Below are positions 1 through 10,006 of a stretch of DNA of 64,000 nt, one piece after another (the first letter of the stretch is position 1; each line of letters starts with the position of its first letter). The position numbers were made by a program, and so were the translations under genes. The notes beneath the pieces are model-generated. The model saw only the letters and a program-made list of their open reading frames with translations. It had not been told where the DNA came from and did no database searches. This DNA comes from Candidatus Latescibacterota bacterium (GTDB taxonomy: Bacteria > Latescibacterota > UBA2968 > SICM01), in assembly GCA_965217865.1 (NCBI GenBank), contig CBDCJO010000002.1, positions 224,001 through 288,000 of the forward strand, written 5' to 3'.

Positions 1-28
1 TCGAAAAGATTATTGGGACAATGGAAAG

Positions 29-838
29 ATGAGCATGGTTCCTTCGTTCCCCGCAGGTCAGATCGAGTCGTTGGCAAAACTGCTCGGTGATTGCGGTACT
101 GGACCGGATATCACTCGTATGCTGGCTCATTGCGGGCTGATTGATGGCTCGGGAGAATCCACCAAATGGCGGAGGCTCTATTGGGTATTCCTCGATGTCC
201 AGAACAGGGACAGGTGCGCCAACCAAACACTCAACTTCATTAAGGCTTTCCTTACGCCTGCCCGTTTCGTTGGCAGGAATGAGGAATTCGAACCGCACCG
301 TCAAGCACTGAACACAATCTTGGCATTCTCAGGGCTTGAGTACGGATCTGACGGGAATTTCCGGAAGCGCCGGGCTGCACAGACGCTGGGCGAGGCAGAG
401 CGGCGAGCAGACACGATCCAGGCAAAGTTTCAGGGGCGGCGCATCCATCCGGAAGTAATGAAGTACTGTCGCGCTGAACTTATGCAGGACGACTACTTCC
501 ATGCTGTCTTCGAGGCGACCAAAGGGCTGGCGCAACGGATTCGCGAGATGTCGGGAGTTGATGGGGACGGAGCGACCCTTGTGGATCGGGTCTTCTCTAC
601 CAGCCGGCCAGTGCTGGCGTTCAACTCGTTGCAAACCGAGACGGAAAAGAGTGAACACCGGGGATTTGCTGAGCTGCTGAAGGGTTGCCTTGCGGCCGTC
701 AGGAACCCTCGCGCGCACGAACCGAAGATACTCTGGAAGGGTGAAGATGATGCAGCGGACTACTTCACTCTGATTTCACCCCTCCATCGGAAGCTGGATG
801 GTTACGTGACGACCGGGTTGAGAGCATTCCGTGATTAG
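29..838 (+). CDS. TIGR02391-family protein (HEPN-like C-terminus), RM-associated
   Basis: 269-aa ORF with YFHAVFEATK, DG..LVD.VFS, ETEKSEHRGF and RNPRAH motifs; overlaps hsdS start. Confidence 0.8.
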   Translation: MSMVPSFPAGQIESLAKLLGDCGTGPDITRMLAHCGLIDGSGESTKWRRLYWVFLDVQNRDRCANQTLNFIKAFLTPARFVGRNEEFEPHRQALNTILAFSGLEYGSDGNFRKRRAAQTLGEAERRADTIQAKFQGRRIHPEVMKYCRAELMQDDYFHAVFEATKGLAQRIREMSGVDGDGATLVDRVFSTSRPVLAFNSLQTETEKSEHRGFAELLKGCLAAVRNPRAHEPKILWKGEDDAADYFTLISPLHRKLDGYVTTGLRAFRD

Positions 839-2249
839 AGACCTCCACTCCTACCCCTCCTACAAACCCTCCGGCGTCGAGTGGCTCGGCGACGTGCCAG
901 AGCATTGGGAGGTGCGGCGATTGAAATACTCAGTGACGCTACTTATGGGTCAGTCTCCATCCTCGAACGATTGCAGTGACGAGCGCATCGGCCCACCATT
1001 CTTGCAAGGCTGTGCGGAGTTCGGGGCGCATCACCCGAATCCTGTGCAATTTTGTCGTGCTCCATCAAGAATCAGTCCGATGGGTGCGATACTTATGTCA
1101 GTTCGCGCACCTGTCGGCAAGCTAAACACAGCCGATCAGGAATATGGCATTGGTCGGGGACTTTGTGCTATTACCTCAAACGAGAGAATTTCCCACACTG
1201 GATTCTCTCACTACCAACTCGAAACACTTGGTCATGGTTTGAAGTTGGTTTCCACTGGATCCACGTACGACGCTGTCAGCGTAGGTGATATTGGAAACCA
1301 GTCGTTGGTTCTCCCCCCCCTCCCCGAGCAAGCCACCATCGTCCGCTATCTCGACCACACCGACGAACGCATCAGGGCCTACATCCGCGCCAAGCAGAAG
1401 CTGATCAAGTTGCTTGAGGAGCAGAAGCAGGCCGTCATCCACCGCGCCGTCACCCGCGGCCTGGATCCCGACGTTCCCCTCAAGCCCTCCGGCGTCGAGT
1501 GGCTCGGCGACGTGCCAGAGCATTGGAAGGTGCGGCGACTTCTAACTGTTGCCGAAATGAGGGTCAGTAACGTGGATAAGCATACCAAGGAGGATGAATT
1601 ACCAGTCCGACTCTGCAATTATGTCGATGTTTACAAGAACGACCGTATCACTCAGGGGATGGCCTTCATGAACGCAACGGCCTCGCGAGAGGAGGTTGAG
1701 AGGTTCCGCCTACAGCGAGATGATGTCCTCATAACTAAGGACTCCGAGTCCTGGGACGACATTGGGGTTCCGGCTCTTGTGACGGAGCCAGCCGATGATC
1801 TTCTCTCCGGTTATCATTTGGCCTTACTGCGGCCTCTCAGACAGGTGCTAGGGGCTTATCTGGCCCGGACTTTACAAAGCAGGGGAGTTGCGTATCAGTT
1901 TCACGTAGAAGCGAAGGGTGTAACGCGATACGGCCTTACTCACGCTGGCATCCAATCGGTACACATTCCCCTCCCACCCCTCCCCGAGCAAGCCGCCATC
2001 GTCCGCTATCTCGACAAGGCCACCGCCGACATTGACACCGCGGTTGACCGCGCCCGCCGCCAGATCAACCTGCTACGCGAATACCGCACCCGCCTGATCG
2101 GCGACGTCGTGAGCGGCAGGCTCGACGTGCGTGATGTTGAGATTCCGGGGTCTGGGGAAGAGCCCGCATTCGACGGAACCAACGACCTGGAAGGGGAGAC
2201 GGAACCAGACGAGGCCGAGGTGATGGAGGAGGCCTGTTGTGACGACTGA
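831..2249 (+). CDS. hsdS: Type I RM specificity subunit
   Basis: Two KPSGVEWLGDVPEHW...LPPLPEQ conserved repeats flanking two TRDs. Confidence 0.95.
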   Translation: MIRDLHSYPSYKPSGVEWLGDVPEHWEVRRLKYSVTLLMGQSPSSNDCSDERIGPPFLQGCAEFGAHHPNPVQFCRAPSRISPMGAILMSVRAPVGKLNTADQEYGIGRGLCAITSNERISHTGFSHYQLETLGHGLKLVSTGSTYDAVSVGDIGNQSLVLPPLPEQATIVRYLDHTDERIRAYIRAKQKLIKLLEEQKQAVIHRAVTRGLDPDVPLKPSGVEWLGDVPEHWKVRRLLTVAEMRVSNVDKHTKEDELPVRLCNYVDVYKNDRITQGMAFMNATASREEVERFRLQRDDVLITKDSESWDDIGVPALVTEPADDLLSGYHLALLRPLRQVLGAYLARTLQSRGVAYQFHVEAKGVTRYGLTHAGIQSVHIPLPPLPEQAAIVRYLDKATADIDTAVDRARRQINLLREYRTRLIGDVVSGRLDVRDVEIPGSGEEPAFDGTNDLEGETEPDEAEVMEEACCDD

Positions 2250-5202
2250 CACCAGCGAGAAAGGCCTGGAATCGCTCATCGTCCGCTCGCTGATCGACGA
2301 GGCCGGCTATGCCGCCGGGGACCCGAGGGACTATGACCGCGACCATGCCGTCGACCTGGCCAAGCTTCTCGCCTTCCTGATCGCCACGCAGCCAGCGTCC
2401 GTCGAGACGCTCGGCATCGGCACGGATGGCCCGCAGCGCGTCCAGTTCCTCCACCGCCTTCAGGGCCAGATCGCCAAACGCGGCGTCATCGACGTACTGC
2501 GCAACGGCGTGAAGCACGGTCCTTGTTCTGTCGAGTTCTTCTTTGGCACGCCGTCTCCCGGCAACGCCAGGGCGGAGGAGTTGTTCGCCGCGAACGTCTT
2601 CAGCGTCACGCGCCAGCTGCACTACTCGAAGGACGAAACCAGGCTGTCGCTCGACGTGGCGCTCTTCGTCAACGGCCTGCCGGTCGCTACGTTCGAGCTC
2701 AAGAACAGCCTGACGAAGCAGACCGTCGAGGACGCCATCGAGCAGTACAAGCGCGACCGCGACCCGAGGGAACTGCTTTTCCGGTTCGGCGGCTGCGCCG
2801 TCCATTTCGCGGTGGACGATCACGAGGTGCGGATGTGCACCCACCTCAAAGGCGAGGGATCGTGGTTCCTGCCCTTCAACCAGGGTTGGAACGACGGTGG
2901 GGGCAATCCGCCGAATCCCGCCGGCCTCAAGACCGGCTACTTCTGGAAGGAGGTTCTGACCAGGCGGAACCTGACGGACATCCTCGAAAACTACGCCCAG
3001 GTGGTCGAGGAGAGGGACGACAAAGGCCGGAAGAAGGCCCCGAAGCAGATCTTCCCTCGTTTCCACCAACTCGACGTGGTTCGCAAGCTGCTGGCGGACG
3101 TGAAGGCTTCCGGCGCAGGCAGGCGCTACCTGATCCAACATTCGGCGGGATCGGGCAAGAGCAACTCTATTGCCTGGCTCGCCCACCAAATGATCGAACT
3201 GGAAACAGGCGGCAAACCGACTTTCGACTCCATCATCGTTGTCACCGACCGGCTGGTGCTCGACAGGCAGATCCGTGACACGATCAAGCAGTTCGCCCAA
3301 GTGGAATCCGTCGTCGGCCATGCGGAGCGGTCGGGTGACCTGCGAGCGTTCTTGAAGACCGGCAAGAAGATCATCATCACGACGGTCCAGAAGTTCCCGT
3401 TCGTTCTCGACGAGATCGGCGATGAACACCGAGGCCGCAGGTTCGCCATCATCATCGACGAAGCCCATTCGAGCCAGGGCGGCCGGACGTCCGCCGCGGT
3501 CTCCATGGCCCTGGGGACGGCCGGTGCCGGGGACGAAGACGAGACGACCGAGGACAAGATCAACCGGCTGATGGAGTCCAGGAGACTGCTGCCCAACGCC
3601 AGCTACTTCGCGTTTACCGCGACGCCGAAGAACAAGACGCTGGAGATTTTCGGAGAGCCCGTACCCAAGGCCGGGCAGGTCGGGCACGTTCCATTCCACA
3701 GCTACACGATGAAACAGGCGATACAGGAGGGCTTCATCCTGGATGTGCTGGAGCACTACACGCCGGTGGACAGCTACTGCCGGCTCATGAAGACGGTGGA
3801 GGACGATCCTCTGTTTGACACCAAACGAGCACAGAGGAAGCTTCGAAGATATATCGAATCGCACGAGCACGCCATCCGCCAGAAGGCGGAGATCATGGTC
3901 GATCACTTTCACGATCAGGTCATTGCGCGCCTTAAGATCGGCGGCCAGGCCCGGGCCATGGTGGTGACCGACGGTATCCAACGGGCGATCCGTTATTTTC
4001 ACTCCTTCGAGGAGTATCTGGAGGAACGCAAGAGCCCCTACCGGGCAGTAGTCGCCTTCTCGGGCGAGCACGAATACGGCGGACGGAGGGTCACCGAGGC
4101 GTCGCTCAATGGATTTCCGTCTGGCAAGATTGCCGACAGGATACGGGAAGACCCTTACCGGTTTCTGGTTTGCGCCGACAAGTTCCAGACCGGCTACGAC
4201 GAGCCGCTCTTGCACACCATGTACGTGGACAAGGTGCTCTCGGGCATCAAGGCGGTTCAGACGATCTCACGATTGAACCGTGCGCGTCCGCAGAAGCACG
4301 ACACTTTCGTGCTGGACTTCATGAACGATGCCGAGGGCATCGGAGCGTCGTTCGAACCTTACTATCGAACCACGATTCTCAGCGAAGAAACCGATCCGGA
4401 CAAGCTGCACGACCTGAGGACCGGCCTCGATGGTTATCAGGTCTACAACCGGGATCAGGTGGAGGAACTCGTCGCTCTCTACTTGAGCGGAGCCGACCGC
4501 GACCGGATCGATCCGATCCTGGATGACTGCGTGGCGATCTACAGATCCGACCTCGACGAGGACGGCCAAGTCGATTTCAAGGGCAAAACGAAGGCGTTCA
4601 CACGGACTTATGGGTTCCTCTCGTCGATTCTGCCGTACACAAACGCGGAATGGGAGAAGCTGTCCATATTTCTAACCTTCCTGACGCCCAGGCTGCCGGC
4701 GCCTGAGGAGCAGGACCTGTCAAAGGGCATTCTCGAGGCGATCGACATGGACAGCTACCGGGTCGAGGTACGGGCGAGGATGGCGATCCCCCTGCCTGAC
4801 GCGGACGCTGAGATTGGTCCGGTGCCGACGAGTGGCGGCGGCCGGAAACCAGAGCCGGAGGTCGACTACCTGAGCAACATTCTCAAGACCTTCAACGAGC
4901 TGTTCGGCAACATCGAGTGGAAGGATGCCGACAAGATCGGCAAGGTCATTACCGAGGAGCTGCCGGACAAGGTCGCTGCCGACAAACCCTATCAGAACGC
5001 TATGAAGAACTCCGATCGGCAGAACGCCCGGATTGAACACGACAAGGCACTCGAACGGGCTGTGATTGAATTGCTTTCCGACCACACTGAACTCTTCAAG
5101 CAGTTCAGTGACAATCCTTCATTTCATAAGTGGCTTTCTGAGATCATCTTTACAGCAACCTACCATCAAGGGGCTGAAGGTGGGAGCCTGTCAGTCCCGT
5201 AG
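2239..5202 (+). CDS. hsdR: Type I RM restriction subunit
   Basis: D-x-LFVNGLP..FELKN nuclease motif, HSAGSGKS Walker A, DEAH, FTATP, TGYDEP. Confidence 0.95.
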   Translation: MTTDTSEKGLESLIVRSLIDEAGYAAGDPRDYDRDHAVDLAKLLAFLIATQPASVETLGIGTDGPQRVQFLHRLQGQIAKRGVIDVLRNGVKHGPCSVEFFFGTPSPGNARAEELFAANVFSVTRQLHYSKDETRLSLDVALFVNGLPVATFELKNSLTKQTVEDAIEQYKRDRDPRELLFRFGGCAVHFAVDDHEVRMCTHLKGEGSWFLPFNQGWNDGGGNPPNPAGLKTGYFWKEVLTRRNLTDILENYAQVVEERDDKGRKKAPKQIFPRFHQLDVVRKLLADVKASGAGRRYLIQHSAGSGKSNSIAWLAHQMIELETGGKPTFDSIIVVTDRLVLDRQIRDTIKQFAQVESVVGHAERSGDLRAFLKTGKKIIITTVQKFPFVLDEIGDEHRGRRFAIIIDEAHSSQGGRTSAAVSMALGTAGAGDEDETTEDKINRLMESRRLLPNASYFAFTATPKNKTLEIFGEPVPKAGQVGHVPFHSYTMKQAIQEGFILDVLEHYTPVDSYCRLMKTVEDDPLFDTKRAQRKLRRYIESHEHAIRQKAEIMVDHFHDQVIARLKIGGQARAMVVTDGIQRAIRYFHSFEEYLEERKSPYRAVVAFSGEHEYGGRRVTEASLNGFPSGKIADRIREDPYRFLVCADKFQTGYDEPLLHTMYVDKVLSGIKAVQTISRLNRARPQKHDTFVLDFMNDAEGIGASFEPYYRTTILSEETDPDKLHDLRTGLDGYQVYNRDQVEELVALYLSGADRDRIDPILDDCVAIYRSDLDEDGQVDFKGKTKAFTRTYGFLSSILPYTNAEWEKLSIFLTFLTPRLPAPEEQDLSKGILEAIDMDSYRVEVRARMAIPLPDADAEIGPVPTSGGGRKPEPEVDYLSNILKTFNELFGNIEWKDADKIGKVITEELPDKVAADKPYQNAMKNSDRQNARIEHDKALERAVIELLSDHTELFKQFSDNPSFHKWLSEIIFTATYHQGAEGGSLSVP

Positions 5203-5214
5203 TCGATTAGGGGC

Positions 5215-5490
5215 GTGAGGCACAAATCAGATACGATGTCATTCAGCTACTATTCCACTTGGACGATTCAGTCGGTACTCCAAGAATACGAGCATACAGG
5301 GACAGTGTTCGGTGCTGTCAACAAGAGCCAGTTTGAAGCCTTGCGGGTGATTGAGCCAAACCCTAACATCGTTGAAGCGTTCGATTCATGCGCTCGGCCC
5401 ATGGCAGGTCAAACATTGCAGAATCCCGCGCCCTCGCCGCCCTGCGCGACGCGCTCCTGCCCAAGCTAGTGTCGGGGGAATTACGGGTAG
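5215..5490 (+). pseudogene. hsdS: C-terminal fragment of a second HsdS
   Basis: TGTVFGAVNKSQFE, then frameshifted LAALRDALLPKLVSGELRV. Confidence 0.6.
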
Positions 5491-5610
5491 ATGTGGGGGG
5501 CACATGAACAACCCATGGGACGGGAAAGCGGAATGATTCAGTCAGGGTCCGAGCTCACTAAGGATGCACAGTGGGCATTTGACGGGCAACGAAGCTGAGG
5601 GGTCCAGTTC

Positions 5611-6411
5611 TTGACCAACTTCGACGGAATCAGCGCAAAGATCAGGCGGGCGGACGATCAAACAAGCTCGCTCAAGGCCGACATGGACAGGTTCTGCGAG
5701 GACATACGACAATCAATCGTCCATAAGGTCCGCGAAGACGCTGACGATCAGGTATGGGTATTTCGTGGCGCGACGCCCAATGTCCCCATCGAGTGGTCCG
5801 TCAGACTTGGGGAGATTCTCTACAACCTGCGATCTGCGCTTGATCACCTTGTCTGGCAACTGGTTCTCGCCAATGGACAGAAACCGGGGAATCACAATGC
5901 ATTCCCTATCGTCAATAAACAGTGTGACTGGCAGGGAGCGACAAGCCAAAAGAAACTGAAGGGCGTGACGCCAAAAGTCAAGGCAATGATCGAACGCTTG
6001 CAACCATATACCGGGGGCATCAATCTTCTGTTTGATGTTTCGGCGTTTTGGACGCTCCATTCTCTCTGCAACATCGACAAGCACAGGCACCTGAATATGG
6101 TTATCGTTGGATCATATGGAATCAATCACCCCCTGCTTCACGGACCGAGCACCAACTCACCGCTCAAGGGATCGGGTGCCTTGGGAAAGATTGAGAAGGG
6201 CCAAGTTCTATTCTGTCTCAACAGCGCTGTGGAAGAGTTTGATCCCTCTTTTCAACTAGACGTACGCCTTGAGGACGAACGGGAACCCGAAGTGACCGCC
6301 GGCACGGTTTCGAGCATTCTCCACGAATGCCTTGCAGCCGTTCGAGGGACCGTTGAGCTACTCGCCAAGGAAACTACCGAACATGGAGCGATCTCTCGGT
6401 GGGGGTCCTGA
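5611..6411 (+). CDS. Hypothetical protein, possibly HEPN-like
   Basis: 266-aa ORF with NLRSALDHLVW and LCNIDKHR motifs; GAGG upstream. Confidence 0.6.
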   Translation: MTNFDGISAKIRRADDQTSSLKADMDRFCEDIRQSIVHKVREDADDQVWVFRGATPNVPIEWSVRLGEILYNLRSALDHLVWQLVLANGQKPGNHNAFPIVNKQCDWQGATSQKKLKGVTPKVKAMIERLQPYTGGINLLFDVSAFWTLHSLCNIDKHRHLNMVIVGSYGINHPLLHGPSTNSPLKGSGALGKIEKGQVLFCLNSAVEEFDPSFQLDVRLEDEREPEVTAGTVSSILHECLAAVRGTVELLAKETTEHGAISRWGS

Positions 6412-6799
6412 TGTGGTTGGTTTCCTATATCGAATCCGGCCATCTCGCCGCCCTTGACGATACGTTGCCACCAGAGACGATCCTGAGCCGTATCGGCAGG
6501 TTGAAAACGCAATCGTTGACTGGCAGGGAATCCTTTTGTAGTATTAGAGGGTTTTGGACCTGCTTTGCTCTTTGCACTCACCTTTACCATTAGAAATAGT
6601 GTTCCGTGGAATCTCTCCTCCCTTTAATATCCTGCAAGACATCATTCCAGTCTGAGCGGGATATGACCGCGATTCAGGTTGGAGAGTGACGGGCGTCTGC
6701 GGCCTCGCCACTCGGCGGGGCGGATGGAACCATCCGGCAGGCTTGTTGATGATGAAAAACACTAAGTACCAGGTGGCGCTATCCTTTGACGCGCAGTAT

Positions 6800-7105
6800 G
6801 GCAACGCAGACCGCAGCCGCGCTTGCTCCCTGTATTGTTCCGGAGACAAGGCTGCATGTCCTTCGCTTGGAAGGTCAGGGCGCTTATAGAAACGTTCATA
6901 AAAGGCATTTTCAGCAGCCTTCATCTCTTTCCTTACTGTCCAGCGGACCTCTGCAGCCTCCGATTCAGTGGCATACACGCTATCAACGGGCTCCAGATTC
7001 TGTGAGATTCGGATAGCAACATTGGGCAAGATGAAGACCCAAACGGCCCAGAGACCCAGAAGCCCCAGGAAGGATGTCAACCGTCTATGCGTGAGGGCGG
7101 AGCCC
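6800..7105 (-). pseudogene. Fragment of ABC-transporter permease-like membrane protein
   Basis: Hydrophobic SFLGLLGLWAVWVFILPN segment; no proper start; ends approximate. Confidence 0.4.
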
Positions 7106-7133
7106 AAAAGGGCCGGGGACACATAGTCCAGGT
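7106..7133. repeat. 28-bp piece of the IS3 orfB at 46694-46721
   Basis: aaaagggccggggacacatagtccaggt is identical at both loci. Confidence 0.7.
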
Positions 7134-7184
7134 GTATCTATTCTGAGATAACAAGAGAAAAGTAGATAAAGGTCCAAGCAAGAT

Positions 7185-8216
7185 TCAGGCAGCCTTGTGG
7201 ATGGTCTGGGATGTTCTTTGCCGATTGATTTCTATGCGGCGCTGCCGAGCCTCCTCCTTTCGACCTTGTCGGTGGTGAAGAATCTTTTGATGCTGGCCTT
7301 TATGCCTCTGAAGAGGCGTGACATACTGTATTGCCCCGTGATAGCGTTCGGCGTTGTAGCTGTGAATGAAGGAATCAATCAGGCCTTCCAGTTGATGGAA
7401 TGTGAAGATGTCCTGGAAGCGCAGCCAGTCGTATTTGAATGTCCGGAAAAAGGCTTCGATCCAGGCGTTGTCCGTGGGTGTTTGATATCGGGCAAACAGC
7501 TGCGAGATGCCCAGGTCCTTGAAGAATTGGGCCATCGATTTGGCCTTCATCTGAGATCCGTGATCTGAGAGGGCTGTCAAGCTTATGGGCCCAGTGTCCA
7601 GGTCCAGCAGTCCTTCGTTGGCAAGGGCTTGATCCCAGGCCTGTTTGACCTGCTCCACGGTCGCGTTGAAGGAGAGCTTCCATCCTACGATCTTCCTGGA
7701 ATACACGTCGAGAATGGCGGTAAAATACAGGAACAAACCGAAAAATGGGATGTAGGTCAGGTCCCAGCTCCAGACCTGATTAGGACCTTCAGGTTTGACC
7801 TGGGGCTTGCTCTGCTTGACCGGCGTCCTCACCTGTTTCCTGCGTGCCAGACGTTCTTTCCTGGCCTGTCGGTAGAAGCTGGAGGCCGAGGCCTGCACTA
7901 CCCCCTTCTCTGAGGCTACCACCGCCAGCTGATGGGGAGGCAGATCGGCATAGGTCTCATCCCTTAAGAGGGCCGGGATTTGCTCTTTCTCCTCCCTCAG
8001 CAATCCGTGTGGGGCCTTATCAGGGGCGGGCCCGGGCTTCCCATCCAAAAGCGGGTCCGACACCCCATCCAGCTTCTCTTCTCGATCTCGCCGGCTCCAG
8101 GCACAATACCGCTGGAGGGGAAGCTGTAGGATCTCGCAAGAACGGGTGAGTTTCACCCCTTTCTCCTTGGCCCGATGGACCATTAAGAGGATCTCGCGTT
8201 TGACCTCAGCTTGCAC
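7185..8216 (-). CDS. IS3 OrfB DDE transposase, fused to OrfA by -1 frameshift
   Basis: WSWDLTY, SDHGSQ and TDNAWIE DDE motifs. Confidence 0.9.
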   Translation of the reverse strand: MQAEVKREILLMVHRAKEKGVKLTRSCEILQLPLQRYCAWSRRDREEKLDGVSDPLLDGKPGPAPDKAPHGLLREEKEQIPALLRDETYADLPPHQLAVVASEKGVVQASASSFYRQARKERLARRKQVRTPVKQSKPQVKPEGPNQVWSWDLTYIPFFGLFLYFTAILDVYSRKIVGWKLSFNATVEQVKQAWDQALANEGLLDLDTGPISLTALSDHGSQMKAKSMAQFFKDLGISQLFARYQTPTDNAWIEAFFRTFKYDWLRFQDIFTFHQLEGLIDSFIHSYNAERYHGAIQYVTPLQRHKGQHQKILHHRQGRKEEARQRRIEINRQRTSQTIHKAA

Positions 8217-8221
8217 CCGGT

Positions 8222-8264
8222 GGCCCTTGATCGGGCCTGTCAGATCCCATTCACACTTTTTTTT
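8222..8264 (-). promoter_or_regulatory. Programmed -1 frameshift signal
   Basis: Minus strand A8G (A AAA AAG) at 8264-8256 followed by a ggccc...gggcc hairpin; the -1 frame reads into orfB. Confidence 0.75.
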
Positions 8265-8575
8265 AGCAGGGAAAGTTCCACAGATTGCTCAATGATCGTT
8301 TGCTCCAGGCGTGCCCGCTCTTTGCGCAGCTGCTCCACCTCCTCAGCCGATACCATCGGCTTGCGGCTCCGGCGACCCTTGAACTCCTTGAGGGCCCCGG
8401 ACTTGACCGACTCACGAATACGCTTTAGATCCGAGGAATGAATGCCCCATTTCCGCAGCACCTGTGCAATGGGAACATCTCCCCGGCTGGCTTCAAGGAA
8501 AATCTCATACTTCTGTTCCGGGGACAAGCTCCTGCGCTTCTTGACCGGGTCACTGTTTGAGGACAGTTGCTCCAT
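8240..8575 (-). CDS. IS3 OrfA (HTH)
   Basis: RRSLSPEQKYEI HTH-like start, coiled-coil end, GGAGG RBS. Confidence 0.85.
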   Translation of the reverse strand: MEQLSSNSDPVKKRRSLSPEQKYEIFLEASRGDVPIAQVLRKWGIHSSDLKRIRESVKSGALKEFKGRRSRKPMVSAEEVEQLRKERARLEQTIIEQSVELSLLKKSVNGI

Positions 8576-8706
8576 CTTTACTCCTCCTGTGAGGTCAGGG
8601 ATATCCCAAAATATGTATCCCTTCTCAACCCTACAGGCAACCAGGATCTTGCTTCGACCTTGCCCCCGTTTTTTCGGGCGATCTCAGACAAAAGATAAAT
8701 TGCCTT

Positions 8707-9465
8707 ATGAAGTTCGATGACCGATCATACCTAAAGGCATATGATCACAACTACCGAGTCGCTTACGAAGAAGGCTTAACATATCTTGGCGAAGGGGCTT
8801 CACAGAAAAAGGATCGTCAGCGCCTCAAGGGACTACTTCGAAGAATCCCACATTCTCCGAGGAAGACCAAGATTTTGGATCTGGGATGTGGGGACGGAAC
8901 GATCGGCCTCTATCTGACAGGGCTTGGATATGACTACCTCGGCATCGACATCTCCGAGGCGGGCATCGAACGAGCCAGACAACGAGCGGCTGAAAATGAT
9001 GTGGGAGCAAGATTCGAAGTTGAGAATGTGCTGGACCTCCACAACTTCCAGACCAACGGGTTTCCGATCGTTATCGACTGCTATTGCTTCCATATGTTTG
9101 TTCTCGATGCTCATAGAGCAGCGTATTTTGAGAATGTTAGACGAGTCCTACGAGACGACGGGTATTTCATCCTTTTTGGTCAGCGCGATGAGGCCGCGTA
9201 TGAAGGTCCGGTTACCTCATTCGATGAATTTTGCAGGCTGACGGGCACCAGCACTTCTGGGATTCCGTTTCAGAAGTACCAAGAAGGTCAGTGGAGGAAT
9301 GTAAAAGGCAAAAGGGTATTTCTACTTGGTCGTGCGCGGAGTCTGAAGGGATACAAAGAAGAACTAACGAAGGCTGAGTTCAACGTTGAGTACCGGGCGA
9401 CCTATGGACGGAATCGACGGAATGCAGGATTCATACTGAAGAAGAGCAGGGAGAGCCTGTCATAA
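8707..9465 (+). CDS. Class I SAM-dependent methyltransferase, probable gene cassette
   Basis: ILDLGCGDG and GIDIS motifs; followed by an attC site. Confidence 0.85.
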   Translation: MKFDDRSYLKAYDHNYRVAYEEGLTYLGEGASQKKDRQRLKGLLRRIPHSPRKTKILDLGCGDGTIGLYLTGLGYDYLGIDISEAGIERARQRAAENDVGARFEVENVLDLHNFQTNGFPIVIDCYCFHMFVLDAHRAAYFENVRRVLRDDGYFILFGQRDEAAYEGPVTSFDEFCRLTGTSTSGIPFQKYQEGQWRNVKGKRVFLLGRARSLKGYKEELTKAEFNVEYRATYGRNRRNAGFILKKSRESLS

Positions 9466-9539
9466 GACCTTTCGGAAGGCTCTAACAGCGGCAACTGCGT
9501 TTAACACATATTAAAGGCCCCGGGTCAAGAAAAAAAGAC

Positions 9540-10006
9540 TCCTCCATCACGATTTTCACCGTTTTTTTGCGACCCTAACGTTCGGGGCGTGCAATGAGCC
9601 GATCCGAAGAGGTTTGGCGATGTTCGGATCTTTGTCAGTCGTCGGTCTGACTTGATTTTCACAAACCGGGCTAGATGTGAGCCATCTGCACCAAACACGT
9701 ATCGGGAATCAAGCGCCTCTCACGGTATACTGTGGAGCGCCCTGGGAGAGGCATTGTCCTCTCCCTCCAGAAAATAATCGGTACCCCTTGAGTCCCAATC
9801 AAGAAGGATGGCTGTTCTCCCCTTTTATGAGGGGGAACGCCAGTTAGGTTCGGGTTCATCGCGGGGGCAGACGGACTGACTGTCTCAGATCCGCTCATCT
9901 ATGTTCTAAATAAGGGGTGAAGGCGGCTTCCCAATCAAGCCGATGAGCTGGGCTATTGTCCGGACGTTGCCCTGCCAGTTAGGCGCCGGGTTAACCGCCC
10001 CACCCA
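9540..10006 (-). ncRNA. Putative bridge/seek RNA with 2 target loops and 1 donor loop
   Basis: Three hairpin-capped internal loops whose guides match attC R'' and the IS circle junction; ends approximate. Confidence 0.75.

Larger units (their letters stand above)
7133..8699 (-). mobile_element. IS3-family insertion sequence
   Basis: orfA/orfB; imperfect terminal IRs tgtatctatt-ctgagat / atctcagacaaaagataaa. Confidence 0.85.

Noticed and set aside
2065-4215. 716-aa minus-strand ORF
   Set aside because: Antisense shadow of GC-rich hsdR
9671-9898. 75-aa ORF in the IS1111 NCR (also 25013-25240)
   Set aside because: No recognisable motif; overlaps structured guide loops that are better explained as RNA
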